Source of the DNA: Tequatrovirus BCH953P2
DNA length: 64,000 nt
Reading direction: 5' to 3' (one strand)
Sequence record: OZ035785.1
Both the position numbers and the translations under genes were made by a program. A model generated the notes under the pieces. That model had not been told where the DNA came from. It saw only the letters and a list, made by a program, of their open reading frames with translations, and did no database searches. Positions 1 through 12,034 of the stretch are shown in pieces; the stretch's first letter is position 1, and every line of letters begins with the position of its first letter.

Positions 1-797
1 TTTAAAGATTTATTAGCGATTCCATTAGAAGTAGTACGTGATTCAGCTACTTCGGCGAATTCTTTGGCTTTACTAATTTCAGGATAAGCATCAAAAAGAA
101 AATCTAGGCCTTCTGGCTCCTTTTTAACTTGCTCATGGTATACCAATTCGCCATCAATTAACACACCTTCTGGATGAATCTGGCGGGCTTCAGCGGTCAT
201 TTTGATTAACTCTTCCTTAAGAAGATCTAATCCTAGATATTCATTACCAGCTCGTGATAAAAGACGGACATCATCTAATTCATCACCTCTAACTTCAGCA
301 AAACACCGAGCTCCATCTGCTTTTAATTGTGCAAAGGCTGGAAATTTGATATTCTTACTAATGCCTTTTTCATCATAAGAACTTGCGAGCATTTGAGGTT
401 GTTCAGGAATTAAACCTGGCCAAACTTTGTTTGCAATAGATACTGAAGCACCACATTCAAGGTCTCGCATCATCACTCGACGCAAAACTTCAACATCATC
501 TTTTTTACCGTCAGTAATATATCCAGTTAATTCCTCAATTGCCGCATTTCCAGTCAATTTCCGAGTAGCTAACGTGAATTCAATGAAGTCGAGCATATCT
601 GTAAGAGTCAACATTCCAAAACTCTGGGTAGCAATACCAGGTTTAGGCCATTTCTTGATATAATACTGTAACCCACGAGAATAAGTCAGACGATATACTC
701 GTTTAAGCAATTCATTATCTTTATTCTTTTCAAGAATTGCTTGCTTCTGCTTAGTTGAACCAATAGATGCTATTTCGTTCAGAATTTTAAGAATCAT
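1..797 (-). CDS. 30: DNA ligase, N-terminal part (3' end lies beyond window start)
   Basis: Minus-strand ATG at 795-797 translates MILKILNEIASIG, matching the recalled T4 DNA ligase N-terminus; frame stays open to position 1. Confidence 0.85.
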   Translation of the reverse strand, partial: MILKILNEIASIGSTKQKQAILEKNKDNELLKRVYRLTYSRGLQYYIKKWPKPGIATQSFGMLTLTDMLDFIEFTLATRKLTGNAAIEELTGYITDGKKDDVEVLRRVMMRDLECGASVSIANKVWPGLIPEQPQMLASSYDEKGISKNIKFPAFAQLKADGARCFAEVRGDELDDVRLLSRAGNEYLGLDLLKEELIKMTAEARQIHPEGVLIDGELVYHEQVKKEPEGLDFLFDAYPEISKAKEFAEVAESRTTSNGIANKSL

Positions 798-1063
798 TGT
801 TCATCCTTTAGAGTTTGGTTTACAGCTCTATTATAAATCAATTCATCATTAAGCTCAGTCAAAGACCTGTGGTACGTGGTTCTAACTTTATTTCCTTGCA
901 TCCAGTGCTTGATATAAATAAAACCTTGCTCTACACATTTTTTAAAAATTCGTTCGTCTTTTTGAGCTCGGAATTCTGGATTGCATCTAAAAAATTGATT
1001 TACGTGACCATAATCACGTGTAGTATTACCTTCATTTTCATAAATAGTGTGAACAACAAACAT
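794..1063 (-). CDS. hypothetical protein (T4 30.1 position)
   Basis: 89-aa track ORF; stop overlaps ligase start; position only. Confidence 0.45.
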   Translation of the reverse strand: MFVVHTIYENEGNTTRDYGHVNQFFRCNPEFRAQKDERIFKKCVEQGFIYIKHWMQGNKVRTTYHRSLTELNDELIYNRAVNQTLKDEQ

Positions 1064-1902
1064 TAGAATGCTCCTTGGAAAATATTATCACCACAAGTAG
1101 GTCTATTATACAAATACTCTATGCCACCAGGTTTAATATAGTTCCATGTCTGAAACGGATGTGTCTGATATGGATGATATAGATGATTATAAGGATTAAA
1201 TTCAGGAGTTCTCCAGGTAGTGTTCCAAGGAAAAGAATCGTTTTTGATCATCTTCTCGATTGCATCTTTTATAGCTTTTTCACGATCAAAACTTTCTTTA
1301 TTTTCCTTCGGTGGAAAAAGCTTATTCTCTACATCATTCCATGTATAAACTCGCTGTGCAGTTTTTGGAATACTGTCACGCTCCCCTCGAGCCATCCAAT
1401 AAACAGGAACATTTAATATTTCACTCGCGTGATCGCAGTGGTGAGCGAGATCGTCAATATAACAAATTACGTTATATTTCTCTTTTGCCTTTTTGAACAA
1501 CTCTTCTTTTGAAGAATCATGACCACACATCAGTACTTCTGAGAAGGCACCAGGAAAAAGAGCATTCAAATTAAATTGACGATTCAGCAGAGCGTCAATA
1601 GAATCACCCAGTGCTGTAACAGCAACAAAATTATAATCTTCTTTTAATTTGTTAATTACACACAGAGCATCTTTATATGGAGACAAGTAACGAATAAAAT
1701 CCGAACGATTGTATTTTTCAATTAGCTTAACGCCAAGTTCTTCATCACAGTTAAAGAGTTTACCTGGAGAAATAAATTTCTCATCCTGGATCATTTTTAA
1801 AATATGTTCTAACGGAAGATTATATTTCTGAGCAAAATAAGGAAGGCCTGATTGCCAGCTTAAACATACTCCATCAATATCAGTTAAAATAGTAGGCTTC
1901 AT
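1063..1902 (-). CDS. hypothetical protein, possible HAD-like hydrolase
   Basis: 279-aa ORF with N-terminal DIDGV motif resembling the HAD DxDG signature; 30.2 position. Confidence 0.5.
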   Translation of the reverse strand: MKPTILTDIDGVCLSWQSGLPYFAQKYNLPLEHILKMIQDEKFISPGKLFNCDEELGVKLIEKYNRSDFIRYLSPYKDALCVINKLKEDYNFVAVTALGDSIDALLNRQFNLNALFPGAFSEVLMCGHDSSKEELFKKAKEKYNVICYIDDLAHHCDHASEILNVPVYWMARGERDSIPKTAQRVYTWNDVENKLFPPKENKESFDREKAIKDAIEKMIKNDSFPWNTTWRTPEFNPYNHLYHPYQTHPFQTWNYIKPGGIEYLYNRPTCGDNIFQGAF

Positions 1903-2363
1903 AGAGAGTCTCTTAATAGGTTTAACACATCAATAAATTCAGCTTCGGTTAGTATTGTATCATCTTTTGTTAGACCACTAGCCATGCTGTGCTTCAAAAC
2001 TTTTCCTTTCGAGGCTTGTAATGCATCACGAAAGCCCTTGTTTTGGATCGCTGCTTCAAAATATGCATTTGTGTATAATTCTTTCCACGCCGGGGAGTAT
2101 CTTGAAAACGGAACTCCAAGCCAAAAGAGGGTCCCACGGTCCTGAGCTCTAGCATAAGACCTTCCAGCTTGTTGGGCGGCAAGCCCGGATAACCCAAATA
2201 TACGACGTTGTTGTTCAACATTTTTCACCTTACACCCTTGGAGGAATCCTTCAAGACCTCCAAATTGAATACCATCCATAACGAAAGGCCATTGGGCGAA
2301 ATTACTTAATGCGCATGATGGCCATCTAAAATTGCTTCTAATCTCTAACTCAGACATTTTCAA
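1899..2363 (-). CDS. hypothetical protein (30.3 position)
   Basis: 154-aa ORF, 4-nt overlap with downstream gene. Confidence 0.45.
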   Translation of the reverse strand: MKMSELEIRSNFRWPSCALSNFAQWPFVMDGIQFGGLEGFLQGCKVKNVEQQRRIFGLSGLAAQQAGRSYARAQDRGTLFWLGVPFSRYSPAWKELYTNAYFEAAIQNKGFRDALQASKGKVLKHSMASGLTKDDTILTEAEFIDVLNLLRDSL

Positions 2364-2556
2364 TACTTATAATTTCAACATCAGCCCAATGACCATAGCA
2401 AGGAAGACGAAATTCAACTGGCCAGTTAGGGTCCTTTTCTAATATAATAGACTTAACTTGTGGTTCTTCATGTTCATCAGTATATGGATTTTTATCTGTT
2501 ACTTTATATGTGACCTTAATGTACTGAATTCCAAAAATCTTATTAATTATATTCAT
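2350..2556 (-). CDS. hypothetical protein
   Basis: 68-aa ORF in operon context; start not verified. Confidence 0.4.
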   Translation of the reverse strand: MNIINKIFGIQYIKVTYKVTDKNPYTDEHEEPQVKSIILEKDPNWPVEFRLPCYGHWADVEIISIENV

Positions 2557-2750
2557 ACTAGTTCCTTTAATCCGTAAATAGGAGATAATTCATCACCCAT
2601 ACGAAGGTCTTCATTCCCATCTACCCAAGAAACAATATAAGCCTCTTTTATTTGAATACCACTCCATTTAAATGGAGGTAGAACCTTAGAAATTAATCCA
2701 GGTATACCAACTCCCTTTAATTCAACTGTTTGACCTAAAAAGAATTTCAT
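2553..2750 (-). CDS. hypothetical protein
   Basis: 65-aa ORF, coupled overlaps. Confidence 0.4.
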   Translation of the reverse strand: MKFFLGQTVELKGVGIPGLISKVLPPFKWSGIQIKEAYIVSWVDGNEDLRMGDELSPIYGLKELV

Positions 2751-3037
2751 TAGAACCTCATCTGAAACCCGTGCGATTTAACATTACCGCCGCCAATATC
2801 AGAAATGTTAATTTCACGCGCAATTGAAGGGTCAATGTCAATTTCACGATTGAGTTTAGTGATAGCTAAAGTATCACGCCCATTTACAGTACGGAACTCT
2901 AAAGGACAAACCACATCAACGTAGTTTTTAATCGATTCGCTAGTAGGCTGCAAATGAGCAGGAAGGTCTTTAGGCGCCTTTGAGAAAACCACTTCACAGA
3001 AATTTTTGCGGGTATCAAAATAAGTAGTCATAAACAT
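2750..3037 (-). CDS. hypothetical protein
   Basis: Track ORF 2750..3094 trimmed to the ATG at 3035-3037 (MFMTTYF), which follows a GAGGA Shine-Dalgarno; the longer version would read through the hairpin at 3055-3068. Confidence 0.45.
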   Translation of the reverse strand: MFMTTYFDTRKNFCEVVFSKAPKDLPAHLQPTSESIKNYVDVVCPLEFRTVNGRDTLAITKLNREIDIDPSIAREINISDIGGGNVKSHGFQMRF

Positions 3038-3077
3038 AATATTTTCCTCAGTAAGGGGCCGAAGCCCCCATTTTATT

Positions 3078-3455
3078 TTAAATATCAAATTCATTAAGAA
3101 CTACATCAAAGATTGCTTCAAGATGCTCAGGTTTAGCTCTGTTACTCAGAATATGACGAATCCAAGTTTTAACCAAAAGCTTGCGATTAACGCCATTCCA
3201 GCAAGGATGAGTCCCTAAATCGCGTTCACGGAAATCATCATCCAGAGCGATTTTGAAGTTGGAACCTTCCATTGTGATTGAAACCGTGATACCGTTTTCA
3301 AATCGCATATAAACGTAGTTAGGAGTCATATACTGTTCAATTTCGCATACTGATCCATTTTGATGTTTCCAAAGGCAAATAGTATCAATAGAACCTGCAA
3401 TACCATTAGAAACATATTTACGTTCAAAGTTGATGTAGTTCATTTTATTCTCCAA
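3078..3455 (-). CDS. hypothetical protein
   Basis: 125-aa ORF. Confidence 0.45.
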   Translation of the reverse strand: MENKMNYINFERKYVSNGIAGSIDTICLWKHQNGSVCEIEQYMTPNYVYMRFENGITVSITMEGSNFKIALDDDFRERDLGTHPCWNGVNRKLLVKTWIRHILSNRAKPEHLEAIFDVVLNEFDI

Positions 3456-3510
3456 GATGTTTAATTGCGGTACAGGTATATAATATCATATCCTGTACCA
3501 AAGTAAACAA

Positions 3511-3843
3511 TTATTTTACTACTTTCCAATGCTGCATGTCAAGTTTACCAACTTTTTTCATCTTCTCAATTAAGCGTTCTGCACGTTGACGAGCTGTAAC
3601 ATAATGCCATTCGCCTAATTCATTTTGTTCAATTTTTCCAACGATTACTGTATTCAATTCATAAATCCAACCAGTAAAGAAATTATGAACTTGAATTGTA
3701 AAGGTGAAATCTGTTCCCATACCTTCTGTTGTTTCTACTTCAATAATATCACCTTCAACTGCCATTAAGAACCACATAGTTTCATCATATTTACCATTGA
3801 AGCATTTAGTTTTAACTGCAGCGTTCAGATTAATCGTTTTCAT
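3511..3843 (-). CDS. hypothetical protein
   Basis: 110-aa ORF preceded by an early-promoter-like element. Confidence 0.45.
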   Translation of the reverse strand: MKTINLNAAVKTKCFNGKYDETMWFLMAVEGDIIEVETTEGMGTDFTFTIQVHNFFTGWIYELNTVIVGKIEQNELGEWHYVTARQRAERLIEKMKKVGKLDMQHWKVVK

Positions 3844-3930
3844 TTTATTCTCCTTTGTTTGTGTAAGATAATACTATCACAAAGGAGCTATACTGTAAAC
3901 AACTTTGTGCAATCTTTGGAAAAATAAAAA

Positions 3931-3948
3931 GGACTCCCGAAGGAGTCC
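3931..3948 (-). terminator. intrinsic terminator hairpin (UUCG loop) plus U-tract
   Basis: Palindrome ggactcccgaaggagtcc; the minus-strand RNA has a U-run after the stem. Confidence 0.6.
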
Positions 3949-3953
3949 TCAAC

Positions 3954-4130
3954 TTATGCTTTCTGCTTACCAAAACGAGAAGCATCATCTCGAAGAACCG
4001 CACGTGCTCGGCGCATGATCTTCTCAACAGTTTGATTGATACGAGAGTTCGACCCACGCTTGTAACCAGCGCGTTTAGAATCACCAACTTTCTTTTCAAC
4101 TGCTTTCTTTGCTTTAGCTTGTTTTGCCAT
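3954..4130 (-). CDS. small Lys/Arg-rich protein (30.9 position)
   Basis: Track ORF trimmed to the ATG at 4128-4130 (MAKQAKAKK); terminator hairpin lies downstream. Confidence 0.4.
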   Translation of the reverse strand: MAKQAKAKKAVEKKVGDSKRAGYKRGSNSRINQTVEKIMRRARAVLRDDASRFGKQKA

Positions 4131-4376
4131 TATAAATTCTCTTTTAAATGAAAATGCAGGACTTATTGGCATTGCCTGCGAAAGCCCTCAAAGGGGTACT
4201 TAGGTTTTTGGATATTTAACGACCAGGATAACCATAAACCCGTCATCATTCACATTCAAGAGGTACACCATAAAACTGCCGGGGTCTTAAAACTATAATG
4301 ATTCGCAAATCATTAATCAGACAGTTCGATGGCTCCTCGATTTTAGCTCACACTAAGGCAGTGAATCTCCAATAAA

Positions 4377-4625
4377 TTACTTCAGTGTTACCACAAAGTG
4401 ACGAACTGCTTTTCGTGCAGCAGAAGCCAAAGGCTTAGCATATTTAAGTTCATCTTTTTCCTGAAGCTCAGCAGCTAATGCAGTTTGAGCAGGATTCAGA
4501 TGTTTGAAATAACGCAGGATTTCAAGAGCTTCGGCTTCAACATCAATAGATGCGCCATAGTTTTCGTGACCATTATTCCATGCGTTTCGTTGCAGTTCAA
4601 GAGCGTGTTGTAATTGTTTAATCAT
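4377..4625 (-). CDS. rIII: lysis-inhibition accessory protein rIII
   Basis: 82-aa product MIKQLQHALELQRNAWNNGHENYG matches recalled T4 rIII sequence and length; sits between gene 31 and the 30.x ORFs. Confidence 0.8.
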   Translation of the reverse strand: MIKQLQHALELQRNAWNNGHENYGASIDVEAEALEILRYFKHLNPAQTALAAELQEKDELKYAKPLASAARKAVRHFVVTLK

Positions 4626-4772
4626 TTAAAAATTCTCGTTAGAGATTAAAACTCGGTAGTCACGTTCTTCTGAATTTCATCTTCTTTCGACAGATCTCTC
4701 AGTTGTAGACTACCACGTAGAATTGTTCGGTTAACTTATTATTCCGACACCCAATTCATATTATTATTTATA

Positions 4773-5108
4773 TCACTTATAAAGACATGGAATAGCTTTA
4801 TAGTGACAAGTAACGAATTTTTGTTTAATTTCTTTTGGCTGCTTAAGACCCAGAGCTACAAAAGGATGCGGAACATTTCGAATTTGACCAACTGGAAGAG
4901 AAGTCAAATCACCAACTTCGCAGAAACCTTTAGGAACATCAGGACCAACAGAGTGAACTACACACAATTCAGGAACTTCACCTTGAACACGTTTACCGAT
5001 AATAAGTCCTGATTCTGTAACTTCTTCATCACCGGCTTGTGCAGGTTCAGAAACTAAAATAACATATTCACCGACAGCACGAATTGGTAGCTGTTGTACT
5101 TCAGACAT
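4773..5108 (-). CDS. 31: co-chaperonin gp31 (GroES-like)
   Basis: 111 aa, same length and map position as T4 gp31. Confidence 0.85.
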   Translation of the reverse strand: MSEVQQLPIRAVGEYVILVSEPAQAGDEEVTESGLIIGKRVQGEVPELCVVHSVGPDVPKGFCEVGDLTSLPVGQIRNVPHPFVALGLKQPKEIKQKFVTCHYKAIPCLYK

Positions 5109-5164
5109 CGTTTTTCCTTTTTGCTAACAGATGAATTAATAATAACAAATAATTCTTAAAGCAT

Positions 5165-5473
5165 TTATTTACCAATAAATTGAAGCAAATGCTCAACTTT
5201 CATACCATTAACAGAAATCAATTTGTCAATAGAAAAACCTCGCCAAGCGCCAAGTTCAACATCAAATACTGGAATCATGTCAGTAGATTCTTTCCGAGTA
5301 GATTCAGTCAATTTACCAGTTTGCATGGTTGGCATAAAGTCTGCATCACGCGTACCTTTCATAGTACGAATAGTACCATCAGACTTTTCAAAAACTACGT
5401 TTGAAACACCCATGGACAGTTTAGTTTTCAAAATTTCACGAATTGCTACTTTCTGCTCAGTTGTCAGTTTCAT
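5165..5473 (-). CDS. hypothetical protein (31.1 position)
   Basis: 102-aa ORF. Confidence 0.45.
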   Translation of the reverse strand: MKLTTEQKVAIREILKTKLSMGVSNVVFEKSDGTIRTMKGTRDADFMPTMQTGKLTESTRKESTDMIPVFDVELGAWRGFSIDKLISVNGMKVEHLLQFIGK

Positions 5474-5710
5474 TTATTTACCTATTACAGTTTTAATATG
5501 AGTTGTTCCACGTTCTTTAAGGGTGGAAAGTAATTTTTGGCATTTTTCTAAATCAGATTTCCAACTATATGGTTTATCAATACAAACCCAATTTGTCTTA
5601 TAATACTGTTTCCATTTAGAGAAAAAATATTTCTTATACTCTACAGCAAACGAGATGTTCTCATTAGAATAAGAACTAATTGCTGTGAGCTTTACCAAAC
5701 GAAATTTCAT
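5474..5710 (-). CDS. hypothetical protein (31.2 position)
   Basis: 78-aa ORF. Confidence 0.4.
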   Translation of the reverse strand: MKFRLVKLTAISSYSNENISFAVEYKKYFFSKWKQYYKTNWVCIDKPYSWKSDLEKCQKLLSTLKERGTTHIKTVIGK

Positions 5711-6291
5711 TATTCACCGCAGAATTCGTTGATATTTTCCCAGTTTAACTTATTCAAGTTTTTCTTAGGAACATTAAACACTTCAATACCTGCATTTCGC
5801 AGAATATCATCCCAGCCAGGTTTATTTTTATCATATGTTTCGCAATAAACCAGCTTTTTAATACCAGATTGAGCTATCGCTTTTGCACAATCTGGACAAG
5901 GAGAAAGTGTTACATACATAGTAGCACCTTCAATAGAAGAACCATTTCGTGCAGCAAACAAAATTGCATTTAGCTCAGCATGAATTTCATTTTTAGACGA
6001 CCATTCAGAGTGAGCACTACGATGTTCTTTCGCCAAGACAAAACGATCAGTTGAACCAAATGATACGCATTCAGGCTTATGGCCTTGAATGATAGTATGT
6101 TTAGGCTTATTCAGCAACCAACCTTGCTCAGCAGCATAATCACAACAGTTCACACCCCCTGCGGGTGAACCATTATACCCAGTAGAAATAATACGTCCAT
6201 TCTTTTCAATTACTGCTCCTACCTTCCAGGAGCAACATTTTGATTCCTGCGATACTAAATATGCAATTTGAAGTACTGTACTCGCTTTCAT
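5710..6291 (-). CDS. cd: dCMP deaminase
   Basis: 193 aa; zinc-deaminase motifs HAELNAI and SPCPDCAKAI; matches T4 Cd length and position. Confidence 0.9.
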   Translation of the reverse strand: MKASTVLQIAYLVSQESKCCSWKVGAVIEKNGRIISTGYNGSPAGGVNCCDYAAEQGWLLNKPKHTIIQGHKPECVSFGSTDRFVLAKEHRSAHSEWSSKNEIHAELNAILFAARNGSSIEGATMYVTLSPCPDCAKAIAQSGIKKLVYCETYDKNKPGWDDILRNAGIEVFNVPKKNLNKLNWENINEFCGE

Positions 6292-6626
6292 TTCATAATC
6301 ACCAGATAAGCAGATTTAGCAGTTTCAACACGATAAATTTCGTGACGAAGTTTAGTTATACTTTTAATAACAGAACTAATTATATTCTGCCCATCTTTAA
6401 AGCGGTTTTTCTTATCAATAAAAACTGCACCAGTCATCTTTTTGTGAAGCTCAACTGGATACTTCGTCACAATAATAGCATCATACACAGAAGGATGAAT
6501 ACTATTCACCAGAGTATCATTCATTAAAGTTATTCTAATGAACTTTGCTGTTTCAGAGTCAAGCGCTCTATGATCACCAGTATCATTTTCAAGACAATTA
6601 TCAATTATATCAGTTAAATTCATCAT
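6288..6626 (-). CDS. hypothetical protein
   Basis: 112-aa ORF. Confidence 0.4.
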   Translation of the reverse strand: MMNLTDIIDNCLENDTGDHRALDSETAKFIRITLMNDTLVNSIHPSVYDAIIVTKYPVELHKKMTGAVFIDKKNRFKDGQNIISSVIKSITKLRHEIYRVETAKSAYLVIMK

Positions 6627-6859
6627 AGTACGCCATACACCCTTTGTGCTTCAACTAATCCATCAAAATCCAGTTTAAGATGCGATATTTGATCGCCATC
6701 ACCTGGATTCACAATTACTAATACTGAACGAGGAGTTTCGGTAATAACACGAACCGATGTTTCAGGAAATCGTTCAGAAACCTTATTTACCAATTCCTGC
6801 GCAAATAGTTTAACTTTTTCTTGGAATTCTTTAGCAGTAATTGGTTTTTCACTTAGCAT
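6623..6859 (-). CDS. hypothetical protein
   Basis: 78-aa ORF. Confidence 0.4.
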   Translation of the reverse strand: MLSEKPITAKEFQEKVKLFAQELVNKVSERFPETSVRVITETPRSVLVIVNPGDGDQISHLKLDFDGLVEAQRVYGVL

Positions 6860-7380
6860 GTTGATCCCAGCTCCTTACTTTCAACGTTTTTAACTAATTT
6901 GACAGAAACTAATTCAGCATCTTGAGTAATCATTACCGGGCCTTCTTCATACTCTTCAAGATATTCTAGAGCTTTCTTTTTAGCTTCTTCCTTCGTATCA
7001 GTTTGAGCATAGATATAAAACATACAACCAGTAATACCTACTACTTTCCACTTAATTTCTTTATCAGTTTTAATTTCAAATTTACTGACAGAATCATCTT
7101 TTTGAACTTCTTCGAAAAAAGAATATTCTAACATATAAGCAATTGAAAATAACGGGCTAACTTTATAAGATTCGCCCATTACATCAACAGCTTTATACCA
7201 GCAGTCATCAATTTCGCGTTTAATGCTAATAACATTTTTCGCAGGATCTATTTTTACTTTAAATGAATTTTCCCCAATAAACTGGGCAATTCGTTTATTA
7301 GCCCCGCAAGTTTCATTAAAAATATCTTTATACCCAGTTTTAAAGCGATAAACCTTATCTTCTTCAAACCATTCGCTCAT
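6853..7380 (-). CDS. hypothetical protein
   Basis: 175-aa ORF. Confidence 0.45.
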   Translation of the reverse strand: MSEWFEEDKVYRFKTGYKDIFNETCGANKRIAQFIGENSFKVKIDPAKNVISIKREIDDCWYKAVDVMGESYKVSPLFSIAYMLEYSFFEEVQKDDSVSKFEIKTDKEIKWKVVGITGCMFYIYAQTDTKEEAKKKALEYLEEYEEGPVMITQDAELVSVKLVKNVESKELGSTC

Positions 7381-7441
7381 TTCAATTTCCTCATTTGTTT
7401 GGTAGAGCTATAATATCACAACTCTACCGTAAAGTAAACTA

Positions 7442-7747
7442 TTAAATTGCTTTGAATTCTGCTGTCTGCGATTCAAAACGAATATCGCCTTTGATGACTA
7501 GCTCAGCATCAAGACCGAATACAACAATGATATGCGCGGAACCTGGATACAGCGTAATGGCGATAGAATCCACCTGGTCTGGAAGCAAAGTGTTCAATAC
7601 ATGAGTCACTTGAGCATGGATTCGAAGCTCAGCTGCATTATCAAGTTTTTCAAACATATTATTAGCGATAATTTGGCTAAACACTACTTCTACGATTTTA
7701 GAGTAAGTCGGAAACATATTTACCTCACATAATTTTCTTCGAGCCAA
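7442..7747 (-). CDS. hypothetical protein
   Basis: 101-aa ORF. Confidence 0.4.
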   Translation of the reverse strand: MARRKLCEVNMFPTYSKIVEVVFSQIIANNMFEKLDNAAELRIHAQVTHVLNTLLPDQVDSIAITLYPGSAHIIVVFGLDAELVIKGDIRFESQTAEFKAI

Positions 7748-7781
7748 TTAATAATAGTCCAAGTTTCATGGTGCCAAGCCA

Positions 7782-8982
<1,201 letters not shown>

Positions 8983-8986
<4 letters not shown>

Positions 8987-9213
8987 TTATTTTTCTCAAC
9001 TAATGATTGAATATAATCATGTAGGTCTTTAGATGCTTTGCCCCACTTATTTTGATATTCATTTTTGAGATTAGCACGTGATTGAGCTAATAAAACATCA
9101 TTAGTTGGAGGTAAAGATTCTAACCGCTGAATCTGGCGTCCATAAATCATTGCAGCCATCTCGGATTCATAAATCAATCCTTTGAGATGTTCAAATTGAT
9201 GCCATGAAATCAT
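8983..9213 (-). CDS. hypothetical protein
   Basis: 76-aa ORF. Confidence 0.4.
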
Positions 9214-9509
9214 TTACATTTATCCTCTTTTAGCTCTTGACGATAATAACATATCATAGTTTTCTGGTCATGTACATATCGTTTTACATCATTAAGCCAA
9301 ATACGAAATTCCTGGGAATCTTCAAATGGCATACCGACCCAAGCTTTACCATCGATAACTTTAACTTGCCAAGATAGTTTAGCTTCATCATATGACTTTA
9401 TTTGTACAGGCCAATTAGGATGAACTGTTTCTTTCTTTACTTCTAGAGGCTTTGTCGAACAACCAACTAGAAGACCAATAGATAATATTACTGCTGATAG
9501 TTTAATCAT
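9210..9509 (-). CDS. putative o-spanin (outer-membrane lipoprotein)
   Basis: Signal peptide ending in lipobox LLVGC; directly downstream of, and 4-nt overlapping, a TM plus coiled-coil ORF; corresponds to the T4 pseT.2 spanin position. Confidence 0.6.
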   Translation of the reverse strand: MIKLSAVILSIGLLVGCSTKPLEVKKETVHPNWPVQIKSYDEAKLSWQVKVIDGKAWVGMPFEDSQEFRIWLNDVKRYVHDQKTMICYYRQELKEDKCK

Positions 9510-9859
9510 TTAGAAAGGTCCTGGATGTCTTCTGCGAACTTGTTGAAGGAGTTGTTGATTTGTTTTTCAACCAATCCTGGCTTATGAGCCACCACATCCG
9601 CCTTCTTTGCGTCTTTGCGCAGTTTTTCATTTTCACGCTCAATAGCAGCAATTGCCTCACGATTTTTATTATTCATCGCATCAATATAATTATACTGAAT
9701 TCGCAAATTATTTAATGCTAAGGCGTTTTCATTGGCCGTTTTTGTAATTTCTACAACAGACGTTTCTAATCTTTCAATTTTATTTTTTAAAATTAAAGAA
9801 GTTCCGCCTAATGCAATTACAATTAATAGCAAACCTGTTGTCGTATTACTTAATTGCAT
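9506..9859 (-). CDS. putative i-spanin (N-terminal TM, coiled-coil periplasmic domain)
   Basis: N-terminal hydrophobic helix GLLLIVIALGG followed by a charged helical region; pseT.3 position. Confidence 0.6.
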   Translation of the reverse strand: MQLSNTTTGLLLIVIALGGTSLILKNKIERLETSVVEITKTANENALALNNLRIQYNYIDAMNNKNREAIAAIERENEKLRKDAKKADVVAHKPGLVEKQINNSFNKFAEDIQDLSK

Positions 9860-10353
9860 AAAGTTTTAATAACCTCTATAATATCGTCTTGAGAAAGACC
9901 GTTAATTAAAATATGATGTTCAGCTGGAGATTTAGAAATTTTAAAGCATGCCGCAACATCTTCTGCCATATCCGATGCGCTACGATTTGGATTACTAATT
10001 CCAAGACGATGTTTTCCCGTTAAAGGATTAACGATAATATAGCATTTACAGCTATTGATATGAACATTAGGTTGAGTCTGATTAATGAACACTTCACAAT
10101 CATACTTAGCGAGTTGATTTTCTAAAAAGACTTTCATCTCTTCAACCGCATCAGGAAGCATATCACGGGCTTGCTCAAGACGACGATTTCGATATTCTTT
10201 AATGGTCGTTTTCCGCTTGACTTGCTTAGCTAAATCTTTCTTAAGATCAGTGATATATCCAACTCGACGATTTCCTTTGAATACAGAAATCCCATCTGTA
10301 GTATCACCGTATGCTTCAACGACCATTTCAGTAGTAATAAGTTGTAAATCCAT
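9850..10353 (-). CDS. alc: Alc (host transcription unfolding/termination on C-DNA)
   Basis: 167 aa from the second Met (MDLQLITTEMVV); position between spanins and rnlA as in T4. Confidence 0.7.
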   Translation of the reverse strand: MDLQLITTEMVVEAYGDTTDGISVFKGNRRVGYITDLKKDLAKQVKRKTTIKEYRNRRLEQARDMLPDAVEEMKVFLENQLAKYDCEVFINQTQPNVHINSCKCYIIVNPLTGKHRLGISNPNRSASDMAEDVAACFKISKSPAEHHILINGLSQDDIIEVIKTLCN

Positions 10354-10417
10354 CATAAAGTCCTCATGTTATGTCAGTAAGACTACTATAACACAACACG
10401 AGGGACTTGTAAACAGC

Positions 10418-12002
<1,585 letters not shown>

Positions 12003-12005
<3 letters not shown>

Positions 12006-12034
12006 AATAAAATGGGCCTTGCGGCCCACTCCTT
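12003..12034 (-). promoter_or_regulatory. Shine-Dalgarno / hairpin / AUG translation-initiation structure for denA
   Basis: AAGGAG overlapping the nrdB stop, then hairpin GGGCC-GCAA-GGCCC (12014-12027), then AUG 23 nt from the SD. Confidence 0.5.

Noticed and set aside
427-663. 78-aa plus-strand ORF
   Set aside because: Lies entirely inside the DNA ligase coding region on the opposite strand; no ribosome-binding site; typical antisense ORF in AT-rich DNA.
3055-3068. Possible CRISPR-like or repeat array suggested by recurring ggggccgaagcccc-type palindromes
   Set aside because: These are single intergenic UUCG/GCAA hairpins at gene boundaries (3055, 40400, 40625, 41592, 45907), not regularly spaced repeats with spacers; they are terminators or RNA structure elements.
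5180-5501. Plus-strand ORFs of 74 and 92 aa
   Set aside because: Antisense to the 31.1/31.2-like genes in a minus-strand operon; no ribosome-binding site.
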